Shown here: positions 51,730-64,000 of the stretch, piece after piece
Layout: every line of letters starts with the position of its first letter
How positions within the stretch are numbered: position 1 is the first letter of the stretch
Origin: Camelus ferus
Lineage: Eukaryota
Length of the DNA stretch: 64,000 bases
NCBI RefSeq assembly: GCF_009834535.1
Contig: NC_045697.1
Coordinates: 60,700,001-60,764,000, forward strand
Direction: 5' to 3'
The notes under the pieces: model-generated
Seen by the model: only the letters and a program-made list of their open reading frames with translations
Database searches by the model: none
Told to the model about the DNA's origin: nothing
Program-made: the position numbers and the translations under genes

Positions 51730-52800
51730 GTTGAGAATGAAATGGTAAGAAGATAACTTATTGGAGGTTTGATGACAGTTGAAGGAGACTGAAATACTTG
51801 TGGAAAGTAGAAAATGAAACATCCAGAGAAACGTAATGTCTTAGCGGTATTGAAGACCTTGTTGAGACTACTGATAATTTATAGTTACAAATATGCTCAA
51901 TTGAAATATTCTCAGCCCAGCTGTGGGCAAGACAATGTAGATAATTAAGTCGTTCAGGATCAAGGTTTTGCTATGCAGTGTCGTAAGAGGAATAAGGGAA
52001 AGTGGGTTTCGAATTTTGACAAGAGTCAAAACATAATAGAGTGTGTATCAGAACTATGAACACGATAAAAGTAAAAAACTAGGGATACACATTAATTTGA
52101 TGTACAGTTGTAATGGCATATGATCAGCAAGAAATTGAGAAAACAGAAAACTAAGGTCATAAAGCAAAACAAAACGTCTATGTTTGTAATTTTTTTTTTC
52201 AGGTGGAACAGTTTAACGACAGGCTCAGTAGTAGGCTCAATAGTCTGGCTAAAGTGTAGAGATAAGAAAAGTAACGGCATTTCAGATGTTCAGAAAACAG
52301 ATGCTACGTTTTTTACGAGAACTCCATATAGATTTTGAAGTCACTCGTGATGGTTGGAGTTTACAGGGAAAGAAAGACTATGAACCATATTCCAAATTCA
52401 CTGAAGAATAAAAAATACATAAAGGAGTTTTATGGATAAGGCGAAAGTGAGGGTGATTCAGGTAAGTTGCACAACTCGCAGAGAAGAGTGTGTTTTACAA
52501 GAGAGTAGAATTGCAGTATTTTAAATTTGGTGTAGATCAGTAGAAGTATTTCAAATAAACGTAAATATCATACAGTGCGTGCATTATGAGAGAATTTACA
52601 TCTTCAACTGGAGGGAGGTGCAATCCAAGTAGGATCTTCAGCTGAAGATCAGATTTCAGATAAGCCAAGAAGGCAAAGGGAATATTTAGGTAAAAAGCTG
52701 ACACAAAAGATGCGTTATTAATTATGGATCAGGATTACTTTGGAAAAAGTAAAGAATATTGATTGTTTAAGAGGAGGAAAATAAAATGAGGACTATCTGT
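51730..52800 (-). mobile_element. Old L2 ORF2-region fragment
   Basis: Purine-rich antisense L2-like text (tggaggtttgatgacag...; gattttgaagtcactcgtgatggttggag; gaagatcagatttcag). Confidence 0.55.
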
Positions 52801-53064
52801 ATGAAAATATTATGTGAGAAGAGAATACATTCTGTTTTCACTGGAGAAAAATGGTCCTTGTGGATTCAGTTACAAAATATTCCTAGAAAGGGAAAGATTA
52901 TTCAAGACCCAAAGACTTTAACTGCAGCCTAAAGAGAAACTGTGTCTTAAGTAGTAGGTAACAACTGATCACAAGCCACATAAAATTTCAAATATAGACT
53001 AGCTCTAGCAATGAGCATCATCTTAAAAATACATTATTGTTAAAACAACAAAAACAAAGCTTCG

Positions 53065-53204
53065 GCACTCTGTGTGGTGACTGAGCATAGGTTTTGAGGT
53101 CAAAAAACATAATTTAATTTCTATCACTGGCACTTTCTAGCTTTGCAAGCTTCCGGAAATTACAATTTTCTCTGAGGCTGTTTCCTCATCTCCAAATTAA
53201 AGGA
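53065..53204 (+). mobile_element. MIR SINE 5' half
   Basis: gagcataggttttgaggtca...ctctgaggctgtttcctcatctccaaa. Confidence 0.75.
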
Positions 53205-53312
53205 GAGGACATAAACAGAGGTTATTTCTCAAGGTCACATAAATAGCAAGTAAGTAAGACTCTGAACCTAGATTCTCTAAATCCAAATTCATTGTTCTTT
53301 CTGTTCTGCTAT
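53205..53312 (-). mobile_element. MIR SINE 5' half, inverted
   Basis: cagaggttatttctcaaggtcacataaatagcaagt...gactctgaacctagattctctaaatccaaattc. Confidence 0.75.
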
Positions 53313-56300
53313 ATTACCATCACCTATGGTTAAACATCTACAAAAAGCAATAAAGAATTCACGATTCATATTCTCAGTTTGGGAAATTCAGACAAGATTT
53401 ATGTTAGTGCTTATCTCTACCAGCTGTCTTTAAATCACAAGGCTAAACACAGGCAACAGTTTGCTTGGATTTTCCATTTTGGTTACTTGAAACATATTGC
53501 AAGAAGCTTCTGCACCTTGGTTTAAAGCACAATTTAGTCAACGGCAAAGACTAACTGTTCTATCAAAGAACCTAAACAAGTACTAGGCATTTCATCAGTT
53601 TTCAATCAACTATGCTACATGTTTAAAATATAGTTAAAAAGCAATAGCAAAACTAGAAATGTGGCAGAATGCAAAGTAAGAGATAGGCAGGGCCATTTTG
53701 CCACCACAAATGAAAGCAGATGGAGAATCATGTAACTAGGAAAAATCAGAGCCAGCCAGAGACTATAGCAGAGCCAGCCTGACAAGAGTAGTGCCACTGA
53801 AGAACTCAGGAAGATTGCTAAGCTCTACTTGGGCAACAGCAAGATAGAGACGGGCCGTGGGCAAAGAATTACTGTCTGGGATTTTTAGACTATCAAGGCA
53901 GAGAGTATACTAGTGGAAGAGTTCCTGCACGACACCTGTGTTACATCTTCTGAACTGAAGTTCTCCCTCGCTGGTACTCAGTGAATGATGCTTCAAATGT
54001 CCATTTCTTGCTCCTTTTCAAATATCTGTGATAAATCTAGATGTCAGTAAATCTACATAACTGTAAGGATCTTGACCCTCTCTATTTATCCCCATTTATC
54101 AAAAAATAACTCAAATAGTTGCAGTTTTTTTTCACTACACTTTGGACATAACATACAGGCCTGGCATTTTAACTGCTTAACAGTATTGCAAGGACAAAAG
54201 AAGTTAACAAATATTTGTAGGTGGATTAACTGAACTATCATATATTTAAATATAGGCTTCTAATCCTTAGTTTTGTCAACTGGGAAAGTATTGAATAAAC
54301 TTAAACTAGTCAAAACCACAGTGATATGAAGGACTAAAACCACCATCATCATCATCACCATGTAAAGCAATTCCTAATGACAAATTCAGATTTCGTCTCT
54401 ACCTCATTGTAGAGTTCCTTCTCAAAACACAGAGAAAGCAACTAATTTTCACTTCTGCACAGAACATGACACAAGCAGCCTTCTATGCTTTTCCAGCTAA
54501 GCAGGGTAATGTTTGGGTTGCTTTCTTCTCTGACTCCACTGATTATAGAACTAAAGTTCTTACTTATCCAGTGAACACAAAGAATCAGTAAAGCATTCCC
54601 TGATGGCTTATTACAGTGTCCTATAGAGTCTATTCCACTATTGTGACATCAGTGTTAGTTTCAAGTATAATATTGATTTTTAGTCCTTTTGCTAATTACA
54701 GAGAGAGTTAACTATCACATAGCACAATTTTGCATTTGTCAACTGATATGCAATCAAACTTGTACTTTGTTCAGACCAAAAGAGAAGATTTGATGCACTG
54801 AATTGATTTTGTTTTCCTAGAAACACCACAGTACTTCTTGAAAACCCAAATCACTTTAAAACAGCAGTTTAATAATTCTGTAATCTTGTTTTCTCAATTA
54901 TTTACAAATAACATATGACTTCTCCTCCTACTTTACAGAGAAAGTGATATCATAAAATTTAAAGTCCAATTTTTTCATTTCCATATATATATATATACAT
55001 AAATATATACATACACACACACTTAAAACCATGCTAATCTCCTTACATCTTGTCTAAAATAGAAGAGTCAAATTCTTTTTCTTTTTATGTCAAACAATTT
55101 TTTAATACCTCACTTAAGACTTTACCCTATAATTTATCCTCTCATGTATCTTAGTTTCTCTTTTTCTCTTACGTATTTTCTCAATTTATAAACATGACCA
55201 AAGCATCTTTTATCTCAAATCTCCCCAACTTCAGACCTCATCTTGATGTATATTAAAATAAGTTATAACCTACAGTTATGAAAATAAAATATGACTAGAA
55301 TAATTACTGATTGTTAAAAATAATTTCTAAAAAAGTATGCATTTAACTTAAAATACAAAAGACCTTGAAAGATTATCGAAACAAAAAGTGAAAGAAACAT
55401 ACTATTTGGAAAAACTTGTCTAACTTAACAGCATTCAAAAAATAAATTGATAAAGTTAAATATAGGAAAATACATATATTAATAATATGTTTTATAGAAA
55501 AACTTGAAGTAAAAACTCAAACACAAATTCCATTAAAAACTAACACACATTTTACAACACAAATTTTCCTGAAGATAAAGACACTATAATGAAAGTTAAA
55601 AGATTTTTAAAAAGAAGTGAAAAACAAGCAAACAAAAAAGATTCAGACAGTCCATTTTCCATGATTAATGAATCATTTATCAACCGACAAGGTGAGTTTG
55701 TGTGTGTTTACAAAGTTGGGACAATATTTTCTATTTAATTAATGCTGAGCATGTGAATGACTAATCTTAAAGTGAACAGAGGTTTTTTTCACTGAAGGAA
55801 TTTGCCTAACATATTACATTGGCGTTTTAACCTTGGACACAACCTTTCATTAATATTTAATTTAAAAAATGGGCTCAAGAGGGGGAAAAAAACACTTTGA
55901 AAATCTCTATACCCAAAATAGTTGATTCTTCCATACATATATTTTAGTATCATGACATAAATCTGTATTTTTAACAACACCTGCACATAGGGAGTTAGGC
56001 TAATGAAGCAACTTTCATGGAGACTGTGAATGGAACTAACCATTATCAGGCATATCCGGTCCTTGATATGCATGTGGTTTTCAACAATTTGAAATAACTA
56101 TATAGTTTAGTTTCTTGCTTTTATGTCAACTTCTAAAAGTTATTAGGTAACTGACAGAACTATCATATATTATTTTTATTTAGTGTTTTATTTACTGAAT
56201 AAATGTCTGAATTTTTCTGAACCCTATAACAAGATCTAGCTTCATTATTCAATAAACAATGTGAATTTTAATATTATCTGCTTAAAAGAAACGAGCACTT

Positions 56301-56524
56301 TGTCCTTTAGATCAAAGTTGTGCATAAAATGGAGGCAATTTTTTTTTATAGGGATGGTATTTCTACAGGTAGTAATCTGTTTTACACATCGTAATAACAG
56401 TAGGAATAGCTGTTCTTCTGATGTATGCCTTCTCTTGAGATGCTTTTTCTATGAGAAAACATACATTAAAAGTGTCCAGTTTTCTGGAAGAAAATACCAG
56501 CCATAAAATGTGCTATTTCATTTC

Positions 56525-57330
56525 TAATAATTCATCAACTCATGAGCATAAGATTATAAGCCAAGCATTATTCCAAGAAATTGGAAAAAGAGCAGTCGAG
56601 AAAATTGACAAAAATCCATAATTTTGTGATTTTTAAATTCTAAACTGATAGTAAACAAACAAGTAAATATACAGTATATCAGATGATAAAAAGAAAGCTA
56701 TAAGAAAAGAAAGCTAGTGATCAATAGGAAAACGGAAGCAATTTTATGTAGGATAATCAAGGCAGGCCTCATTCAAAATAGAACATTTGAGCGAACACTG
56801 GATGAGATTGAGAGAGCAGGTCATGAATCGAAGTGTTTCAAAAGAGTGCAAGAAACTGCTAAGACTCATAGGGAAAAAAAAGTATGCCTGATGTGTTTGC
56901 AGAACAAAAAGAAAATCTTTGAGCAAGAGTGGAGTGGAGTAAATGACAGAGAACTTGGTAAAGGTAAAAGGGGTCATCAGCCTTGTGGGAGAGTGAGGTG
57001 GCTGGACTTTGAAGATCATTCTAAGTGAGATATAAAAGCACTTTTTCCTTTGCGCAGAGGAGGTACACAATTGGGATTGTTTAATTCTATCACTGGCTAC
57101 TTTATTAAGAGAATGAAGTCTAAGAAATACGGACAAGGGTAGAGATTTTACAGTAATCCCTATGAGAGATGATGATCACATGGACCAAGCTGGAAGGTGG
57201 TGAGAAACAGTCACCTTCTGGATATTTTTGAAACTATGATGATTGGTCAGGTGCAGTTTGAAAGACTGTGTGAAGGGTAACTAGAAGCATATTGATGTGA
57301 ACAACAGGGAGGTTGGATTTGCAAAATCAT
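56525..57330 (-). mobile_element. L2a 3' portion
   Basis: caaggcaggcctcattcaaaatagaacatttgagc; atcactggctactttattaagagaat; gagagatgatgatcacatggaccaag. Confidence 0.8.
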
Positions 57331-59059
57331 CAAGATGTCCAGAAGTTCATTTGGATCTTTAAAACGGAAATACTAGTGCGGACTCACAGTTGAAATTACA
57401 TGTAAATACATGCAAATAAGAAAATGGTTTATGGAGTTACCAATTAATTTTTCTATGCATATTAGATTATAACCTGGCTATTAAGCATATAGGAATTTTC
57501 AGAAATATAGTTTAATAGCTTCTCTGAGTTTCTCTGATATTATTAGGTTGTAACAGCACAAACTGTCTCTGTGATCATGTAAGCAATAGATGTTTTCCAA
57601 AATTTTACACAAAATACTTAATTTTTCAAAAATGTGTACCTTATTTAAGCAAAATTTGGTAACTTTCTAATCATATAAATGACTGTGAGGAGGACTGGAC
57701 TGAGACATGCAGGTGGACAAAAGTATATACAATTATTTTAGCCTTTGGAAAAAAAATTTTTATGGTAGAAAATATTATAAAGGACAGTGAGAACAAAACA
57801 GAAGCAAAATTCATTACATTTTAAAGTGTTCATGGATAAATTAAGGTTTTGCTATATTTCTTCACAACTCCTCACTGTTTCTATTAAGAGTGTTGCCTAG
57901 GTTCCTTTCAAATACCATTAATTTGAAGGACAAAATTTCATATGCAAAATGTTGAATGAATAACCCAATTCCACCGACACTTTGTACTGTTATTCATCAG
58001 CCAAAGTCAACTTAAGTCAGTGGAAAATCAGTAATAATTAGTCATACCAGTAATATTATTTTGGAAAAAATTAGAAAGAGTTACTTAGAAATATCACCTG
58101 AACTCACAAATTATGGTTTGGATTCATACATGAATGAGTCTTACGCATGGAATTAAAAATTCTTACACATATTATAATTCATCATCAAGTGTGTAGTCCA
58201 ATAATCATACATCCGAGAGACCCCAAACCCTCTCTTTAATCTTTAAGAATATATTAGCATTTCTTACAAAGTGGGCTTGCAATGTTATCTTTCATCACAG
58301 TTTATGACAGAAATTATGACAGTTTAATTTTCCAGAAATCTATAAAATTATTGCATTATTATAATATGACTTTTTAGGTGAGCTTAGTGACCATTCAGTG
58401 TCCTAGGAGGGAGATTTTTTATCATCTTTAGAATGGAACAACTGGGTACCTTCTATTTCAAATGATTTTTAAACCTTCTGATAATGAAAGTTAGTATTTG
58501 AACTCAAGGTGGCTTTAACAGCTCTCACATAGGAGATATGACTCTATTTAAGATATACTTCTTTCTAATCAGTATTTTTACATTGTGTAGCGTCCTTTCA
58601 TTTAAATCAAAAACATCTTTATATATCTTCTACTTTAATTATACATAGAATTTTTAGCTTTGGTGTCATTAATATTTTTGCCTAAACCATAACTGTCATA
58701 TACTAGAATTTTAAGTCATTGGTTACCACAAATTGTTTTATCAGTGATGAGATAAGGCTCAAGAATGATTACTTTGGAAAGGTTTCCTAGATACTATGAA
58801 TACATAGTTGTCCATGTTTAGAAAGCATTATTCTAAAAAACAGTGCTGAAGACATTTAACTTGAAACTAAGAAGTGTGTTTATGTTAATGTTAAGAAACG
58901 TCAACAAAGTATTTTAAATCCCCTGCTATTTTCTATTTTCTTTCTTTCCCAGAAGGCTGCATACCAGTGGTATTTTGTGAGAGGAATGAATGTATCCCAA
59001 GTGCTCCTTTTCCATCTTGTCCCTTACTTCCGTAAAAGCAGCTATCCTTGGATCTAATT

Positions 59060-59275
59060 AATATCCATTCATGATTCACACATTTATTCCAGTAGTATCT
59101 ACTGGTACTTTATCCTGTCAGTAATGATTGTAGACTCTGGATAAACAGCAGTAAGCAAAATAGGAAAAGCTTTTGCCCTCATGGAACTTACAGTTTAGTT
59201 ATAAGAGACAGGAAATTAACATCTAATCTAATAATTACACATGTGTCAGAGGGTGTTAAGGACTATGACGAAAAG
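59060..59275 (-). mobile_element. L2a 3' end
   Basis: cagcagtaagcaaaataggaaaagcttttgccctcatggaacttacagtttagt. Confidence 0.8.
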
Positions 59276-59644
59276 CAGTCTTCTTCCAATAAGCCTTAAC
59301 ACTTAATGGAAAATGCCACCATTTAATGATGACAGAATGGCTTTTCAGCTCTGAAAAATACATGCATCAAAAGTTGTTCCTTCTCTTATATTTTACTATT
59401 TGAGCTGAAAATATTCACTAGATCCTAAGGATTATAATTTGAGAAGAAAAAGTGCTACTATATTTCACAATAAATAACGTGGCTTACTTTTTCAATGTAA
59501 TATTAAACTGAATCTTGTTTTTTACTTTCTTTGTATTGAAAGTCATTTATTATTACCATAAGATTTTCTTTTTCAAGCATTTACTGATGTGCCCTGAAAA
59601 ATGCTAAGTCATGGCACTGTGCTCTGGGCTATGGATCTTGATAA

Positions 59645-59870
59645 GCAGCATCATCTATAGTGTCAGGCACCTGAGTAAGAATTCTGGCTCTGCAGATTAC
59701 CAATTGTGAAATCAGGCAAGTTGCTTAAGTTCTCCACACTTCATTATCCCATCTATATAATACAAATAAAATTAATAACAAAATAATAGGTGTTTTGAAG
59801 GATTAAGTAACATAATGCAGGTGACAACTATAACTAGCCTGATACATGGCAAGTCTTAGTTATTAGCACT
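59645..59870 (+). mobile_element. MIR SINE, probably nested in a decayed antisense L2 (~59565-60110)
   Basis: ctggctctgcagattacc...ggcaagttgcttaagttctcc...gaaggattaagtaacataatgca. Confidence 0.75.
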
Positions 59871-60239
59871 CCTTATCATTTGAGGACATAAAACCATAAA
59901 ACTGTTTTCAGTAATTTTATAATCTAATTGAGAAGTCAATAGAAATATCACAATACAATCAGTAAAGTAATCTAAAGATTATAGGAGCTCTTATGATGGG
60001 GTCCATATGTGTCAGTCCCCTGGGGGCAGGGAGTAATGTAGAAAAGAAAGAAGAGTGTTTCTGGAGGAGAAACTGGTAAATAGGTAGCACAGAATATTTG
60101 ACTATTAAGAGTCTCTCCTTCTCCAAATATAGATACAAGTAAATATAGATATGAGCATATAGGTATGGTATAGGTATAGGTATTGATTATAGGTAGATAC
60201 AGAAAAATGTAGTGATACAGGTTTGAATATATAGACATA

Positions 60240-60520
60240 ATCCATATTAGCTTTTTCCTGGTCTGCTTGAAGGTACACTTTAGACGTCATGCTTCCTTAC
60301 AAGGACATTATCTTATGTAACCACACTACAGTATTACACTTCAAGCAATTTAACATTGATATAATAATATTATTTAATATAGTCTATTTTTTTAATTTTT
60401 ATTTTTTGCCAATTGCTCCAATACTCTCCTTCATAGCATTTGTTTCCCTTTGATCCAGGACCTACTCAGGACTGTGCTGAATTTAATTTCCCTGTTTAGT
60501 CTCTTTAAAATTTGAATCTG
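60240..60520 (-). mobile_element. L1MC4/L1MC5-type 3' end fragment
   Basis: caaggacattatcttatgtaaccacactacag...aatttaacattgatataata...gatccaggacctactcagga. Confidence 0.75.
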
Positions 60521-61274
60521 ACTAGATGTCTTGATTTTAATTTTGCAAACAGATTCTGCACAGTAGCAATGAACATTCTTCATCAAACAAAAATCTCTTC
60601 AGTTTCCATACATTTAAAAGACATCATAGATTTCCATTGTTGATGCATATGTTTTTATAGTTTATATTATTAATGTCTTTTAGAAATGAGAGATTAAGGA
60701 AGAGTTCTATGTCTATGTTTTAGAAATCATGATGCTTGAAAATGGTTATCATGATCTAGAACAAAAATGGTAATTCAGAATTTATATAAGAATGACAATC
60801 ATAATCAATCATGTATTTTGTCAAATCTGTTAAAAGAAGAAATTCTGAGTTGCAATGAATACTTGTTACACAAGTCAAATCTCTGCAATTTTTTTCTTAA
60901 TGTCTGTATTGTGTTAAAATGTCTGTAGGATATAATCTAGGATATAAAGGAATATTTATTTAAGGTCTCATATTGCATAGGGATCGTGTTTCTCTCATAT
61001 AAAATAACATGGACTAAGACCATTCATATTTTAACAGTAAATCTTTTTTTCAATAAGTATTGGATTCAAGCTTAACTGAAATTAAGCAAAACACAATTTT
61101 AGTAAAACTGCCACAATTGAAAGCCTTAAAAAAAAAGTAATCTATTTAAAGTAGCAATTTTCTTACATTATTAAGGTTAACTTTCATAGAAAAGCATAAA
61201 AACGGCCTGAATTCTGAATATCCAGCTTTAAGGACTTGCATTTCATGTTTTTCTCTTAAAGGGCTGCTATCTTG

Positions 61275-61277
<3 letters not shown>

Positions 61278-61321
<44 letters not shown>
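61278..61321. repeat. (AC)22 microsatellite
   Basis: Uninterrupted run read directly. Confidence 0.98.
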
Positions 61322-61322
<1 letters not shown>

Positions 61323-63659
61323 AAAATATAATGGATTTATTTTTGCCTCTGGTATATTGGGTTTGACAAGAAACATATTGAGATGTGGACATTAATGTCC
61401 CAAGGGGACTCAGTAAGAAGACTTTTAAAGTATATATGTACCCTTTTTAAAATCAAAACTCCATTAGATAAATATTTATTTTTAAAGCCCTGAGAAAATC
61501 ATTTTCTTTATCAAGTATATCTAAAAATATACTCATTCTGAAATATAACAATATTAGTTTTCAGAAATCAGCAAAAATATCTATTTAGAATAAATATGTA
61601 CACATACACAAAATAATTTTTTAATTTATAACTATGCCAAAGCCAGATTTAAATATTATTTGTAGTTAATCAAGATTTATCAAAAAGTATTTTTTTCTCA
61701 GAATCCAACCAGAGATAAAAATGAGATGGATGATAAAAACTGATGTGGCAAAAAAGGATCAATGGCACAAAATTTAATCTGCTTTGGGAATTAGTAAATT
61801 GGCTTACCTTGATAAGACAAAAAGTGTATTTTTCTTCTAAATCCCATCTATCTAAACTATTGAAAGAACCAAATTGTCAGCAGTTTCATTACTCTCCTGA
61901 ATTTTAAAAGCCTTTCATTCTGATGAATAGCTATTCATTAAGATTTCTACTACCCAGAAACAGAAGAAAATCTTCAGTTATAGTTGCAAAGAATATATCT
62001 CTGGTGAGATCGGGATCAAGAATCTAAGAGAGATTATCATCTATATGAAATGATTTACTACATATGAGGTTAGGGTTGAAAAAGAAAGAAGGGGAGGATT
62101 TCCAGCATCCCTTGCTGGCTAAGTCTCCATAATCATTTTAAAAACTGAAGTGAGCAAATTGCTTACTTTAAACCCAGGAAAACAAATGACAATATTTTTA
62201 CAGATGTAAAGAAATATATGGAAATGTCTAAAATATATATGTGACTATATATGTGAATCTCTAAATAGTCAACAAGATTCTAAATATTTCTATAATTCAC
62301 TTGTCACTTGTAAGGTTGGCTGATTTACTGAGAAATTAAAGTATCTTCAATAGTCTGAACATCAATGCTAACTAAACTTAAATCATATTGCTTCCATATT
62401 TAATCAACATTTTAAATGTTTATGTCTCCATATTTTACTGCACATGGAGTGTAGTACACTTTCATATTCAAAAAAAGGCACATTCTTACTTATGTTTTGA
62501 CATTTATGTTGGTTTAGTCTACTGTTTATAAGTCAGATTAATACAGAAAATGTAGAGCTCTGTTCATGCTCCTTGGGAAGAGGGAGTTTAAGTGGTGATT
62601 TCAAAGGCATCCAGCAGCACTTTGGTGAACAAGGACATTGCCAGTTGATATTAGATGTCTCTCACTCACATGAAAGTATGTGCTGGGATGTTTCCATTCT
62701 ATATGCAACTACTGTTCCAAGGGTAGCAAAACTTTGGTTATATCAGAGAAACACAGAAAAAAGCATTCAGTTCCTTCAAAAATTCTTAGTTTTGATTGTT
62801 TTAATCCCCTGTGATTATCTTTATAAATATGGAGTAGGATGTGTCTGTTTGGATTTGCTTTAAGATGTATACTAAAGATAACCTGGCAGTATTTGTATCA
62901 GACTAGCCCCTGAGTACGCTTTTCAAATCAACCAAGGATAAAAGGTCTGCTGTATAAAATAAATTACTCTTTGTATATCGAGCTTTAAGTGCTATTTTAT
63001 TGATGAGTGGAGAGTCACTCCCTACTACATTAAAAAAAATCAAGAAATTTCTACACATATCCACAACAACATATATTTATAATATTTTATGACTCATTAT
63101 AATACATTTATCTTTAATTTGTTATATGGATATATTATATAAAAACAATGGATAACAACTTGAAGGAGACTTTTTTCGTAAAATTGCTATGCAAATAACC
63201 CAATTTCACAACAGCTTTTCCAGTGGCCAGAAACTGCATACTCAAAGGTCAGATATGACATAAATTAATGTCAAATGGCCTCAAGTTTACTCCTCCTATC
63301 AATCTAATGCTAAAGTTTTTAATCAGGTTTATTTCCCTGACCCTTTATCAGCTGATTTGTTTACTGCTATCATTAGCCCCCGCCTCACTTTTGATACAGA
63401 TCCCTTTGTTGAGATGCCACAATTTTATATCTCAAATCATTTCACCAATTTTTCATTTGTTAAAAAAAATTCCACAATCACCCTCCTGAGCCTTCACTCT
63501 TTTCCTAAATTCCCACTTCAACTAATGGCATTATTCTCCCCAGCAATCTCCATTTAACTGATCAGCAAATTCAACTGATGTCCTCTAGAAAATGCTGACT
63601 CAGTTTTTCTAATTGTACCTTTGTTGTCATGATACCCTTACTATTATATTCATTGACAG

Positions 63660-63776
63660 TGTGATGGTTAATTTTATGGGTCAACTTGACTGAGTCATGA
63701 GGTGCCCAGATATTTGATTAAACATTATTCTGGATAAACCTGTAAGGACGCTTTAGTATGAGATTACCATTTGAAC
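63660..63776 (+). mobile_element. MLT2 (ERVL) LTR 5' fragment
   Basis: tgtgatggttaattttatgggtcaacttgactg...ggtgcccagatatttgattaaacattattctgg. Confidence 0.85.
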
Positions 63777-63804
63777 AGATGGGCTTGTTGGAATGAGTGA
63801 AGCC

Positions 63805-63917
63805 CTTCACACCTTAATTTTGGCCTCCTGGTGCCTACAACTGTGAGAGAATTTCTTTTGTTCTAATCCACAAAGTTGGTAGTACTTTTTCTATAGTAGC
63901 TTTAGGAAACTAATACA
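63805..63917 (+). mobile_element. MLT1C/D-type MaLR LTR 3' fragment
   Basis: cacaccttaattttggcctcctgg...aactgtgagagaatttct...gtagctttaggaaactaataca. Confidence 0.8.
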
Positions 63918-64000
63918 AGGAACATACTGGGAATGTTAATGTGATTCTTTATTAGTTTTCCTAATTTTCACTATTTGCTCATCTCTTTAGATATTGAGAG

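Noticed and set aside
54341..54362. caccatcatcatcatcac poly-His-like tract
   Set aside because: A short trinucleotide repeat outside any credible ORF or exon
27855..63196. Several ATGCAAAT octamers across the window
   Set aside because: A rough composition-based estimate gives about 5 by chance on both strands, similar to the number seen, and some lie inside L1
1..64000. ORF-track entries as protein-coding genes
   Set aside because: All are 151 aa or shorter, many start at non-ATG codons, are rich in F/L/I/Y/K as expected from AT-rich DNA, and often overlap repeats or microsatellites. I see no recognisable domain (apart from the CR1 fossil) and no consistent exon chain.

Overview
AT-rich eutherian genomic DNA that reads as a gene desert or a large intron. 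A vic-1-type tRNA-derived SINE and a camelid-type L1 3' UTR suggest a camelid (alpaca, llama or camel). I find no supportable protein-coding gene. The ORFs in the track are short, low-complexity or inside decayed repeats, and only two carry recognisable residues (a CR1/L3 reverse-transcriptase fossil near 50.3-50.6 kb). Much of the window is transposable-element relics (L1, HAL1, L2, L3, MIR, MLT1/MLT2, LTR33, ERV1-type LTRs, MER2, MER58, MER63, MER102) and microsatellites. The clearest sequence-level observations are: a young 590-bp solo LTR with a perfect 6-bp TSD (ERV2-like); a twin-primed L1 with a 13-bp TSD; a perfect 25-bp-arm palindrome; a ~140-bp local duplication that landed in an L2; a CpG-rich L2 relic containing a consensus-flanked non-coding exon candidate; and several repeat-free, motif-dense enhancer candidates. 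I do not see convincing evidence of a new biological system. Repeat family names were assigned by eye from remembered consensus sequences, and boundaries of old repeats are approximate (tens of bp).
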